Below are positions 51,201 to 63,076 of a stretch of DNA of 64,000 nt, one piece after another. This DNA comes from Balanoglossus misakiensis. Lineage: Eukaryota > Animalia > Hemichordata. The notes beneath the pieces are model-generated. The model did not search any database and was not told the DNA's origin. It was given only the letters and a program-made list of their open reading frames with translations. The position numbers and the translations under genes were made by a program. Each line of letters opens with the position of its first letter. Within the stretch, counting starts at the first letter, position 1. Location: contig CM082594.2 of NCBI GenBank assembly GCA_040954595.2, positions 3,581,319-3,645,318 of the forward strand, in the 5' to 3' direction.

Positions 51201-54200
51201 CATATGAAATCGTAGTGCAAGGGGAATATATTAATGGGGAAACTTTTATAAACCTGAAATATGTTTAACTAACTTTGTTACAGACATTGATGAATGCGCC
51301 GACAATTCTACCAACACTTGTTCGATGTATGCAAGCTGTACTGATACACCAGGCTCATACACATGCAAATGTAGAAGTGGTTTCCTGGGAGACGGAGACA
51401 CATGTTCAGGTAAGATACCAACAATCACATATGTGCTCACATACAAAATGTGGAAACTTCGGAAACAGAAGACAATATCACTTTGTCAGAGCTTTGTTTA
51501 TTAAATAAAGTCTAAATACTGAAATCGTTTGAAAGGGTGGAGTTTGCCCCGTCCGCGCTCCCATTTTACACATGTAAAAAATTAAGACAAAGTAGCCGGG
51601 AAGTGTAACTGCTACAATGTACGTAATTGCAAACAATATTGTTGTTACTTTGTATTACACTGTATATCATGGCAAACAATGCCTAGTTACTTAGTATCAC
51701 ATTTTCAAGTATCTTTGATATAAATGTAACATGTATTAGCGAGGTCTCCCTGGACAATGGGAACAATGCTGATGGTGTGTATATATATACAGAAGAGTCG
51801 CACATGAGCAGTTCAGACGATCCTCCCCTTTAAATTAGAGTATTCTGCACATGCGCATTTTCATGTGTAATGCGTGAAATCGCTCTGACGGGACCCGGGG
51901 AGTATCTCCAAGATGTGCGTATTCGCATCTGATTGGAATAAAATAGTTGTTGCTCACGAGTCAATTGTGATAAACAGCGAAGAGGTTACAGCAATGAAAA
52001 CTATACCGCAATATCGTTTGTTTCAGACATTGACGAATGTGCTGATGACAGCCAAACAGACTGCGACCAACACGCTACCTGCGTCAACATATTCGGTGGT
52101 TTTATATGCCTCTGTAACCCCGGGTACACTGGCAACGGGACTTACTGTACAGGTGAGGAAAATGATGGCTCTGCGTGTACCCGAAATATTGTCTAAAGCA
52201 AAAGTTCCCGTCAATGGCAACACCCATACACCCATGCGTTTTCATGTCCATGCTAGTACTCTACCCAACGTCAAACCACGCCACCACAGTTACTTATGTA
52301 AGACACTGCCCAATCATCAGAAGTACATAGCATTTGTTGAACAACTTTTATAGACTGAGTTTTTCGGTTTTGTTGTTGGGATATAAATTGTATGGTTAAG
52401 TGTTATAGCCCCCCCCCCCCCCTCAAGTACTCATGTTCTTCTGTGCGCGAAGTGTGGCTTTATGTAGACCACCCATATTTAATGGAATGAAATGCAAAGT
52501 GTCGTTGGTATCTTTTCAACAGATGTGGATGAATGCAGTGAAGAGATCTGTGAACATTGGTGTGAAAACACGCAGGGTGGTTACCAGTGCTCTTGTAGGG
52601 ACGGCTACCTTCTCCATCCCGATGGATTACACTGCAATCGTAAGCGTTTTTCCACTTCGAATTTGAGAAATTTCTCCGGTCACAAAATGTTTTCTAGTTG
52701 TATTTGCTTATTATTCGGCAGATGCTGTATATTATCAATGAGTTTAGTCTAATCACAATAGGTATATCCATTGATTTTGTTTCAAACATTCTCAGTTCAA
52801 ATGAAAAAAATTGACTTCTAACAAATCGCTCAATCAATCAATCAATCGAGTTAATTGATAGTCTAAAGAATGCGGGTACTTTGTGTATGATTGTACACAA
52901 CCCACCAAAGAATCAAGGCATTTCGAGTGTCACTATTCTGTTCGTTTGATAAACCAGTAATATGAATGTTATTAAAAAAGTGACCCTTTTCACGTTCTTC
53001 CAGCTATCAACGAGTGTACGTACAAAACAGACAGCTGTTCACAACTTTGCAATGATACCGATAGCAATGAACCCCCTTACATATGTAGTTGTGTCGACGG
53101 GTTCCATCTGGAAGATGATAACATTACTTGTACAGGTAAGGGATAATGAATTCTAATAAGTATCATGGCTTATCTTTGACAAAAAATGAAAAAAAAAACC
53201 TATTGGATTGAATAGCAATAGGGTTTTTTTTCTCCAAAAAATGTTATCTGCTCCATTGACATCCACTGACAGATGGGTGTTGTTGCAGTCTGTTGAGAAC
53301 TGTGTAAGTTTAGTCACATGACACGTGGTCGGAAATGGCGGGGACTCCATGGAATGGACAGCACTGAATATAGAAACATTTACCCCTTGCTGTAATTATT
53401 TCCGTCTGTCTCTTTCCCACATATGCGCAAACGATGCAGCGGGATTATCTCTACACCACTTGAACTTGTTACATTTATACATATTGTATATTACCTATAC
53501 AACGATAAGGTGAAAGCCTTGATTAATCTCACCATCTACTTTGACCTGTAGTGAACGCAACACACAGCTGTGCTTTGGATTGTATCCACGGCACCTGCTA
53601 CTGGAAAGATAACAACCCTGAATGCTATTGTGATCGAGGGTATAAACTGGATAATATGAACGATACACTGTGTATACGTAAGTATTTTTTTCAGATCATT
53701 CAATATTCCCCTTTGTGTTTACTATGCATGATATTAAAATCGCCCGCCAATCAAAGTTCAGCTGAGGGCACAGCACTTCAACAAGTAACACCACTTTTTG
53801 GTTCTTCGCCCTTGGGGGCAGTCATCTCATTTACGGATTGGACGGTTTTGACTATTACTTGTGAGCTATTAGTCATGCGAAGGAACTTCTTGACTTGGAC
53901 TAAAAACATTAGGGATGGAGCTCATAGACTTGGAATTTTCACATTTTGGGTATAGTTCGATACTAATTTAGTTAAATCCGCATTTTGAGCTCACTGTAGC
54001 TTTTTATTTGTGGTTCCTGGACACATTGAATCGATTCTAACTTTTATTACACTCCCCTTTAAGCAATCAACGAGTGCATCGACTTACTACACATTGCAAG
54101 TTGTGATCACACATGTCATGATGTCATGCCTGGGTATGACTGTGAATGTGATGCAGGATACGAACTGACGGCTGATCTCAGGACATGTTCTGGTAAGTAT

Positions 54201-57200
54201 AAGTTACTTTATTTCTTGTCAACTTATGTGTAAAGAATAGGAAATAATAATTTTCACTGGGATTGTATTTTAGCGGAACAAAAAGTCCAGGGAAAATAGT
54301 GAAAATAAAGTCCTAGTGAAAATTTAATATTCTACAGTGTATATACATACATATACATACATACATCAACATACATACATACATACATACATACATACAT
54401 ACATACATACATGCATGCATACATACATACATACATACATACATACATACATACATACATACATACATACATACATACATACATACATACATACATACAT
54501 ACATACATACATACATACATACATACATACATACATACATACATACATACATACATACATACATACATACATACATACATACATACATACATACATACAT
54601 ACATACATACATACATACATACATACATACATACATACATACATACATACATACATACATACATACATACATACATACATACATACATACATACATACAT
54701 ACATACATACATACATACATACACACATACATACATACATACATACATACATTAATCCTAACATTTTAATACGTGTAAACAAAATACTAGTACATAGCTA
54801 AAACAGCGATCCAATCCAAATGAAAATTCAATTGAACAAGGACAGTGCAGAGGCATATTCAACACCCAGTTTCTGTCATAAGGGTGTATGTCGCTTAGGT
54901 AAACGCTCTTCCTATGTTGTTTTGTCTTTCTTGTCTCCGAAGAAAACAAAGAATAAGTAAACGCAGGTGTAGTGGACGGTCTCAACATGGCGGTGCGTGT
55001 TACATGAAGTTATTGACATAGCTTTCCTTAAATGGTCAGGGTATGATAACTTAAACAAGTAACATACGCCGTTTATTTGCCATTGTAGATATTGATGAAT
55101 GCACCCACGAGACGGAGACAAATAACTGTACGGATCGTCAAGTCTGCTTCAATACGCTTGGCAGCTTCAGATGTTTATGTAAAGTTGGCTACGAAAGCAC
55201 CAGTTCAGGCTGTGAAGGTAAATATGAATATTTAATAGTAAACGCATCCATGTTTTATAATTACTTGTAGTACACAAGAAAGAGCAGTTTAACAGCCGAT
55301 TGGGTGTCATTTTGCCGTTTTTATATGGAGAACACATACAAACTGTGCATGTAATATATAATTTGGTTATTTAACCACTAGAGGGGGCGTGATCTAATAC
55401 ATACCACAGGAAGTGATAAGAATAGTAGTACAATCATTGAGCGGCGGTAGCAAACTTTTTAAAATCAAATCGATTGCATGTAAATTGTGTGAATCTGCTG
55501 TCTGTGTTAGATAAACAAATTATATGTTGAATACACAGTTTGTATGTACAGTTTGTTCATTGGAGAATTGAAGGCAGCCAGGTTGCCGTTATTGGTACTT
55601 CGACAACCGGATATCTATATTCGCGATTTTTTCGGTGCAAACACAACCTTCCGGGAAATGTGTTCGTTTTTTAAATAGGCACCCGTGTTTCTAATCTGCA
55701 GTCGTTCAGCGATGAAAATCCTCTGTCTTTTGCATTACAGATATAAATGAATGTACAAGTGACGCTGCGTCTTGTCATGCCAATGCACATTGTAATAACA
55801 CAGTCGGATCATTCTTCTGCGAATGCAACCCTGGGTATACAGGAAATGGTTTTCTCTGTGACGGTAAGGATACATTATTTTCATTATATCGTTCATATGC
55901 ATAGAATCGTACAATTGGGGGTGTTGGAAATGTTATCGTTGTCGGCTTGTTTTTCGAAAATGCTACGTGATAGAAAAGGTATCGATGGCTTTAGGAAAGG
56001 ATGTACATACCAAGTGGACCTTCAACGCGAACTTTAATACAAATACTACACTTGTACGCAAGTATTATATATCGCCCGAATGATATTCCTCTACCCTTGA
56101 CCATGCTACCAGTGCTGTAAGGAAGCTTATTCTGGATTTTTTTTTAAAATCACGTCAGACAAGCTCAAGTATTATCCCATGTGTTCAGTGTAACATGCTA
56201 TCTACATTTCTTTCCAGATGAGGACGAATGTGAGAGCCAGGACCCTTGCCACCCTGACGCTTTCTGCACCAACGTTGATGGGTCTTACACCTGTACATGC
56301 AAGGAGGGCTTCACTGGTGATGGCGTGACTTGCGATGGTCAGTTGGGTTTTTGGTCCTTTATTTAACAGTGCACTGTTACTTCAAAATTTCAATGATTGT
56401 TGGAAGGCCTGCAAACATGCAATTGACATGATAATATTGATCTCATATCATAAAAAATGTGTCAACATTCTTATTCTTAAGAATGATTGCGCGGTCTCCC
56501 CTTGACTATGTGTTTTGGGCGTGTTTGAGAGGGTCTAAAAGTAGAGCGATTCGGCCATTTTGCACATTATTTTAGTGTGTGGTTTTGTTTCCGTCAATAA
56601 GCAATTTCATGCTGTTGTTCTCACTGAAGCATGCTGAACGTTTGGTAGCCACAGCTCAACTTACACTATGCACATAGTTAACACACTTTTGTTCTGATAG
56701 ATTTGCCCGTGTGAAGGCAGTGACTCCACCCACTTTTATAGCTTTGATGAACCTGTCAAGGTTTATGTTCTGTGTTAACTTTGTATTCACTCTCTGTAGA
56801 TGTCGACGAGTGCGACGAGGGAACGGCAGCTTGTGACGAGAGCCTTGGGCTGTGCAGTAACACGAACGGCTCTTACACGTGCAGTTGCGTCTCCGGGTAT
56901 ACAGGAAATGGCCTGGCGTGCTTCGGTAAGAGAAGGGGCGTCCGTGTAACGATGAGTGCAAACAGGGTCACGGGGTTACCATGTCTTACTTCGCCAATAT
57001 AAAAATTATATAAATGGTGATAACTTGGTTATATGGGGTCTTTGTGTTTTATGCCATAATGCCAGAATGAGTTATTCGAGTTTCTACCTAATATAAATGT
57101 TTAAATTTCAATTAGTCTCCGTCAATAACTTCATTTTGTATATGCTGTCCAGCCTACTTTGTTTAGGTGTCTCTGGTAAGGGAGAGGTAAAATAAACTAC

Positions 57201-60200
57201 GTGTAACTGTACATTACAAAAACAATAGGATACAGCGTAATGACACTTGTCGTGTGAAGTATCTTCAGAATTAAGGAAATCGATAGTTTAAGAATCAGGT
57301 TTATCAACGGTATTTTTTGACAGATGTCAACGAATGTGCATTGCCGAGGGACGACGTAGATGCTGCCAAATGTGACATCAACGCGATATGTGGCAATGGA
57401 CCGGGGAACTTTTCGTGCGTCTGTAAAGATGGTTACGATGGCAACGGGACAGTATGTAAAGGTGAATAGTGTTATTTTTATCACAGTCTACCAAAAAATC
57501 CATGTCGTCCCTATGATATATATACACTATGTCCTGTTCATTATTATTTTCTAAACATCGAATTTACTTTCCTTTCACTTTATATTCTCCCTGTGTACAG
57601 ATATTAACGAGTGCCGTAACGACGACCCCTGTGCGGATAATGCGGTGTGTGACAATATACCCGGAAGCTACAGATGCGGTTGCAATGCTGGCTTTCGAGG
57701 TGACGGAAAGATTTATTGCAGTGACATAAACGAATGTGATGAGACCCCGGATGTCTGTCACGACAATGCTGACTGCAACAATACCATCGGAAATTACACG
57801 TGTTCCTGTCAGACAGGATTCACAGGTGATGGGAAGGATTGTGAAGGTAGGTTTGATTTACATGTTTCAATTATATCTCATAGAAACGAGCCACTTTTAA
57901 TGTATTTCAATTAATGCTTTATTTATTTTAATTAATTATTTTATTCATTCGAGTATTTATTCCTTTATCCAATTAATTAATTTGATTAATTGCCTGATTA
58001 ATTATTTGTTAATTGCCTAATTATTAAATTCTTTCTTGATTTTAATTTCAGACGAAAATGAGTGTAATGGCTCGAACGAGTGTCATATCAACGCAACTTG
58101 TCTCAATAAAGTGGGAAGCTACGGTTGTCTTTGTATCACGGGATTTGAAGGAGATGGCAAGAACTGCGATGATATCAATGAATGTGAAAGACAGACCGAT
58201 GATTGCCCGGATGAGTCGTACTGTGACAACACAATTGGATCTTATGAATGCCGATGTTTTGAGAACTACCACATGAACGGAACTATCTGTGAAGGTAGGT
58301 GTTGATCTGTAAGGGTGTCTCTTTATCATTTATTGACGTTTATGTTTACTTTTATTTATTCATACTGATATTTGTCGGGTTTTCTCCGCACAATAGTGAC
58401 GTTCTAACTCTTATATTTTGATGACCGATTCCAATTGGAATGTTCTATATATGGTGCTAACATATAATTATTCTATTTATTCTACAATATCAGATAATGA
58501 CGAGTGTGCATCAGGGGATGACGACTGCCCTGATGTAGACAGCGTTGAATGCTTAAACATTCCCGGGGGCTTCGAGTGCAATTGTAAGACAGGATACACC
58601 GGAGATGGGAGAAACTGTGATGACATCGATGAGTGTATCCTGGAATCAGACTCAACCTTATGCCCCGAAAACTCTCATTGTGAAAACACGGATGGGTCGT
58701 ACGTTTGTGCCTGCGATGCTGGCTACGAGATAACAAATGACCAGTCTTGCAGAGGTTAGTATATTGAATCACACTAACATCGGGACGTTTGATAATAACC
58801 TCAATATAACCACTTATGTTTGACAAGTGGTGCCATTTGATTGTTTTGGTCAAATAATGTTGCCTCATTAAAGCCCCCAAAGCTGCCATTATTTTCATGA
58901 TTTTACTTTCCAACTTAGATTGGCCCAACTATGTAGGCTTACTGAAAGGTAAACATGAATATCTAATCGACGCCCGATTGTGGCTGTATGTTGCAATTTG
59001 AACAATTGATAATATTAAACGGGTGCCGCACCCGTTTAATCGGCCTCAATACAAGAGTACTAAACTAATGTAAACGTCGCAAAGGGATGACAACCTGATG
59101 CAAACACAGGCAATGGTGGGGATGTTAATGGATGGGGTGAAGATTTGAAATAATGTATTGCGGAAAATATATAACGTGAAGTTTGGCAGTTCGTGGGGCT
59201 TTAAATTACCCTCATTCAAGGATGGAGAGATGGTGAGAAGATTTGGCACATTAACTCATGTGTTGGAATGGGTGCACAGCATCGAGATTCTAAAACATGA
59301 GTAATTCTTCTAAGGGGACATAAGACTAACATAAACATCTATTTGCTTATTCTTAAACTACAGACATTGATGAATGTGCAAGGAATGTTGACAGTTGTCT
59401 CTCTGATGCCGATGGCGGTGAGTGCGTGAACATCCCTGGGAATTATAAGTGCATATGTAGACCAGGATACACCGGAGATGGTACGACTTGTGAGGACATC
59501 GATGAGTGCTTCGAGGAGGAAGACACAATCACCTGTCCCGCGAACTCTCACTGTGAAAACACGCTTGGATCGAACAGCTGCGTCTGTGACCTGGGATATG
59601 AAAGCAAAAACCAAACTTGTCAAGGTTGGTTGGTTTCTTCGCTATTAATGCTTTTCATATTTTTCCCCTAGTGGATCAAAATATTTCCTTATGTTTCATA
59701 CATTGTGCTCTGGACAATAAGAAGTCTTTAAAAAGTTACATCTATATACACGTGCTTACAGTGCCGCATATAATTGGTTAATTGCCAAGGGGTAACTTTG
59801 CTAGATCTAACGAAACTTTCAATAATGATGTTGAAAGTAATTATTTATTCGCCACAACCTACAGAAACAGACGCTTGTGCCGAGGATTCGTGCGACGACA
59901 CTGAATATTGTCTGAACGTAAGAGGTGGACATTGGTGTCGCTGCAGGGCGGGTACCCGAAAGGTTGGCGGCGCATGCGTCCGTAAGTATTTATCAATTAT
60001 TCTAAAATATTCATAATTGCTTGCCAATTAGATTTCGCTGAGGATACTGGCTATTGGCACGATCGCTAGTTTAACCTCACGTGGAGAATTTCCAAGTATA
60101 ATCGGTCACATATTTAATGTTGTAAACATTCAACTAATGGTGGCGTAATACTTAATGGATCAAAATCCTTGCAGTCTCTGTACAATACCACGAAATTGAA

Positions 60201-63076
60201 TGTTATGTTCTATTTTCAGCAATCAAGACATTTAAGGGAGTTTACACAATATACAAACAAGGTGGCATCAACGTCAGCTACAGCGATGCTTTAACTAACC
60301 CTGCGTCCGAAGAGTACATATCTTTGGCAAAGGACTTCATCAGAGCGGTAGGTTAATGACTTGAACATTTTAGTGATATTTTGAAAAAATAAGTAATGAC
60401 GAACATTACAAAGTAAACAATGCATTTTCCTGCATTAGCCATCGAATTCATGGTGACTTTGATAAACCAAATCTACAATTCCCTTTCCTTCACAGATCGA
60501 CAAAATGATGCAACGACTCTACCCATCAGTATACGTAGAGACCGTTATCATTGGATTCAGAAATGGTAGCGTCTTATGCGATTCCCTCAGCGTCTTTAAG
60601 AACGAATCGGATGTCACGTCCACAACGCTGGCCAACAAGGTGAACACCTACGTTAGTGACGAAGAATGGGAATTATCGGCTATTGTTTTAAGGCACGAAA
60701 CGATCCAGTTCGAAGGTTAGTTAAGACTTTTTTCGAAGTCGTGTGGAATTTGTTGTGGTATTCTCACGTCCTATGAACACGTGTGTTTAGTTGCATTGTG
60801 GTCCATAGCGATTATTTATTTATTTATTTATTTATTTCAGATTATGATGACTCGGCATGTGCAATCCCAGGTGGTCACGATTGCTCAGAAGATGAAATTT
60901 GTGTCGACGCACCCGGTGGCAACTTCACATGTTTATCAGGTGGGTGAACATAGATTTACAATCGTCACCAGGTTCATTTTATTACTGTAAGTTTAATAAT
61001 CAAATTCATGTATCCTAGAGGTAAACAGGATAGTGATATTCTGGTGGGAACCCTGATTACAATTCCTTCGTTTGCATTATTTATGATTGAACTGATCTGT
61101 TTGAACAAACATCGGACCATATTTCAAAATGTCGATATACTTTTCATGACAGCATTGTGTCGTGGGGATCCGTGTCAAAATGGTGGAACTTGTGAGCCGA
61201 CAAGAAGTGGTTTTATATGCAAGTAAGTACAAACTTGGTAATTCTTTGATATTGCACATGCATTGAATGCATGTATACAATGAATTCCTTTTGCACTCAA
61301 AATAATCGCACGGGACGCGTGCAATTTGCATATATCGCCAGTAAAAATTACTGCAATATGTGTGGTTGAATTTTTATGCCGACATATTCCTGAGTTATTA
61401 AAACTTTTCGTTTTTATGACATTTTTTGTTCAGTTTTTATGTTAAAAATGAATATGAATACATGTAAAATCGCTCAAAATAACAAGTGTGTGCTATTTTC
61501 TTTCAGATGTACCAGCGCTTTCACTGGGGATCATTGTGAACGAAGCCAGCTGAGATCAGGTAAAACCAAATGCCTAACATTTGAAAGGGGCTTCAAATGT
61601 GGTGTCATTTGCATGGGTCTATACAGATGACTATAAGGTGACTCTCTAACCTCGCAAAGTGGTGGAAAGCTATAGCTGGTTAAATTGGCTTTGGGGACAG
61701 GAGCAGACAGTTATGAAGTACTATACTAGTTCTAGCTTTAATGTATCAATTTCATTTCAGGTTTAACTGGGGCACAGATTATCGGGCTATCCACTGGTCT
61801 TAGTGCTGGCTTCATCGTGATCGCTCTGGTGTTGTTTGTGGTGTTGTACAGAAGGTTCCTCAAAGAAAAGCCTCCAAATTATGTGAAATCTCCGTACCGC
61901 CCGTGGACATTGCCTTGGTCAGGCAGCGGCGACAAACAACCCGACAGTTACACACAGCCAGAAGTGTCATACTGGGAACAAGACAGTTCGTATGGCGAAG
62001 ACGACGGAGAGAGCACCGGAAGTTCTCACGAAGCTGCTTATTTCGGCAAGGCAGAGAGACTGCGCAGTGCAATGGTCATGGCTAGAGATTTCCAGGTAAT
62101 ATTAAGAGCTTTAAAGGGCGACGATCGTCTTATGAGCATGTGCCAAACCAGAGACTCTGGTTACAAAAAAAATGTACGCAGTGAATGCCATGTCGCAACA
62201 ACAGCCAAGACGTGTTGGTTTACAGAATAATGCTAATAGTCAGCCCTGGCGTTGGATAATAATTAAAGAATAACATATTCATTACCATGTACTACCTACT
62301 TCCCTTAATAATATACAAACTTAGAAATATGTCACGAATGTCTGCTACAATGTACCCCTTATTGTAATTTCTATATACATGTAATTTTTTTCTAGGGCTT
62401 CCTGTATCCCCGTCGAAACCAAGCCGAGAGGACGGCAGATGTGTCAGATTCTTCCCTGCACAGTGAATTCATCGTCCCCTATGTGGCTGATGGTTCAGAA
62501 GCAGCGCGTGTAATGGTAAGAATTGTACTAAAAAAATGTCATGTTTTACTTCATGCTGGGGGGTCAATTCACATTATAATAATTGCATTCTGGGTAAAAG
62601 GTAGACAACTCACTGCAGTATGTGTTAACTGTATTTCATGACTTCCTTTGGTCAAACAGTGTCTTTGTATTTATATTTAATTAGCATATTAAACTCATTC
62701 AACTTTTTTTCACATTTGACCAAGTATCAATTTAGTTATGAACTTCCATTTCTTAAACATGGCAAAAATCGGCCATCTTGAAATTGTGACATTTTCAGCA
62801 CTCACCTAGGTAGCAAAAACCTATTTAAGGCAGGGAGGATTATCTATTAAACCCTAAGTTGGCAAATTGCTAGGAATGTGAACATCTCATCAAACTGTTG
62901 CAAAAAAGAGTCTCAGAATAAAATGTCTTCATGGGTTTGGACTGAAGATGACAATTTTTTGACAATATCGTTTTGTTTTAAACTCCCATAAACAGGGACG
63001 TGACAATCTTGGCAGTATTGACACAACCCATGAAATCAAGATACCAAGGGCTCACCTCAGGCAACCAAGGCATTAG
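19225..63076 (+). CDS. Gene B: giant MUC4-like transmembrane mucin (SP-PTS-EGFx10-NIDO-AMOP-VWD-linker-EGFx~28-SEA-EGF-TM-cyto), about 5,879 aa, 55 exons
   Basis: Exons: 19225-19294, 25031-34192, 34355-34462, 34757-34870, 35232-35369, 36478-36600, 36927-37037, 37598-37708, 37942-38055, 38398-38508, 38888-39025, 39373-39495, 39892-40052, 40664-40840, 41271-41510, 42011-42518, 42750-42968, 43464-43583, 44171-44376, 44627-44711, 45046-45243, 46430-46540, 46816-47082, 47569-47730, 47851-48032, 48500-48683, 49001-49138, 49399-49530, 49856-49978, 50259-50510, 50824-50949, 51284-51409, 52027-52152, 52523-52639, 53004-53135, 53552-53677, 54064-54192, 55089-55217, 55741-55863, 56218-56337, 56800-56925, 57324-57461, 57601-57846, 58052-58294, 58494-58754, 59364-59624, 59865-59981, 60220-60347, 60496-60715, 60841-60939, 61153-61222, 61507-61559, 61761-62095, 62396-62515, 62996-63076. 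Sum 17,640 nt (multiple of 3), phases consistent. Confidence 0.88.
25031..34192 (+). CDS. Gene B giant mucin (PTS) exon, 9,162 bp, about 3,054 codons
   Basis: Acceptor ttttcaacag|TA CTA ACA; frame of ORF 25123-34233; repeats [15 protein letters not shown] and TTVLTTEGA followed by a non-repetitive Thr/Pro/Ser tail; donor TTC G|gtatgt. Confidence 0.92.
25046..33545 (+). repeat. Coding VNTR of 45-bp and 27-bp units with higher-order duplications
   Basis: Unit ACAACACAGCCTCTTGAAACAACTGTCCTGACAACAGAAGGGGCG; diagnostic variants recur at 1260-bp, 189-bp and 1035-bp periods. Confidence 0.97.
34355..39495 (+). CDS. Gene B N-terminal EGF cluster (10 phase-1 exons; Notch/fibropellin-type and Ca-binding EGFs)
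   Basis: [14 protein letters not shown]..., [50 protein letters not shown].... Confidence 0.92.
35608..36396. mobile_element. PIF/Harbinger-type (Tourist-like) MITE, 789 bp
   Basis: TTA-GGCTGCATTCACAAACACCTCTGGAGGGGGGGG ... CCCCCCCCTCCAGAGGTGTTTGTGAATGCAGCC-TTA; perfect TIR of at least 33 bp, 3-bp TTA TSD, subterminal GGGGGATTTGAAA repeats. Confidence 0.92.
37355..37535. mobile_element. Palindromic MITE family 2, copy 1
   Basis: CAATACACCCCTTTCAT ... ATGAAAGGGATGTATTG ends; internal AACTCAAAGCGAGG / CTCACTTTGAGTT arms; related copy at 47110-47283. Confidence 0.7.
39892..42290 (+). CDS. Gene B NIDO domain region (exons 39892-40052, 40664-40840, 41271-41510, 5' part of 42011-42518)
   Basis: [40 protein letters not shown]...[32 protein letters not shown]: nidogen-G1/MUC4 NIDO signatures. 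Confidence 0.9.
40199..40537. mobile_element. MITE family 1, copy 2 (AATT TSD)
   Basis: AATT-CTCCCTACCTTAAATAGGTTTT ... AAAACCTATTTGAGGCAGCCAG-AATT; highly similar to 8307-8657. Confidence 0.87.
42310..43583 (+). CDS. Gene B AMOP domain (3' part of exon 42011-42518, 42750-42968, 43464-43583)
   Basis: [10 protein letters not shown]...[12 protein letters not shown]...QRCRY...YYCC...[20 protein letters not shown]: AMOP cysteine pattern as in MUC4/SUSD2. Confidence 0.88.
44171..47082 (+). CDS. Gene B von Willebrand D domain with GDPH site
   Basis: [28 protein letters not shown]...LQGRT...ATVFVAFAA...[21 protein letters not shown]...FGKQW; GDPH at 44182-44193. Confidence 0.93.
44775..44986. repeat. 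(ACAT)n microsatellite
   Basis: Direct; shares a 29-bp 3' flank with the array at 54340-54752. Confidence 0.97.
45451..46270. mobile_element. Non-autonomous TIR element with 7-bp TSD (P-element-like), 820 bp
   Basis: ATACACA-CACGGTTACTAGAACTAGATGGTTAGGAAACT ... AGTTTCCTAACCGTCTTCTTCTAGTAACCGTG-ATACACA. Confidence 0.85.
46586..46647. repeat. (TACAT)n pentanucleotide microsatellite
   Basis: Direct. Confidence 0.9.
47110..47283. mobile_element. Palindromic MITE family 2, copy 2 (opposite orientation)
   Basis: ATACACCCTTT ... AAAGGGGTGTAT ends; CTAGCGCCCTCATG / CATGAGGGCGCTAG arms; core GATTGGTCAATT is the reverse complement of AATTGACCAATC in copy 1. Confidence 0.7.
47569..48683 (+). CDS. Gene B Ig/cadherin-like linker plus MUC4-type EGFs
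   Basis: NFPPNVT...[12 protein letters not shown]...DGHFTWTP...[12 protein letters not shown]...[30 protein letters not shown]...[12 protein letters not shown], which recalls the post-VWD region of MUC4 (from memory). Confidence 0.75.
48264..48425. repeat. (GACT)n-(GAAT)n compound microsatellite
   Basis: Direct. Confidence 0.96.
49001..59981 (+). CDS. Gene B fibrillin-like Ca-binding EGF array (21 exons, about 26 EGFs)
   Basis: Phase 1-1 exons with D(I/V)(D/N)EC...C.N..G(S/G)(Y/F).C.C..G(Y/F).GDG..C; exons from 51284 on are collinear with gene A exons. Confidence 0.93.
54340..54752. repeat. (ACAT)n microsatellite, about 410 bp
   Basis: Direct; source of the spurious HTYI/MYVC ORFs. Confidence 0.97.
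60220..60715 (+). CDS. Gene B SEA domain (exons 60220-60347, 60496-60715)
   Basis: [10 protein letters not shown]...[28 protein letters not shown]...[12 protein letters not shown]; G/S at 60565-60570. Confidence 0.9.
61761..63076 (+). CDS. Gene B transmembrane helix and cytoplasmic tail (exons 61761-62095, 62396-62515, 62996-63076)
   Basis: [32 protein letters not shown]; tail ends [14 protein letters not shown]. Confidence 0.9.
62521..62841 (-). mobile_element. MITE family 1, copy 3 (older, inverted)
   Basis: Reverse complement shows AATCCTCCCTGCCTTAAATAGG, CACAATTTCAAGATGGCCGA, GAGTTTAATATG and CCCAGAATGCAAT blocks in the same order as copies 1 and 2. Confidence 0.75.

Noticed and set aside
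49001-59981. Calling the gene fibrillin, LTBP or Notch
   Set aside because: No 8-Cys TB domains, LNR or ankyrin repeats; NIDO-AMOP-VWD, SEA and TM define a mucin-like membrane protein.
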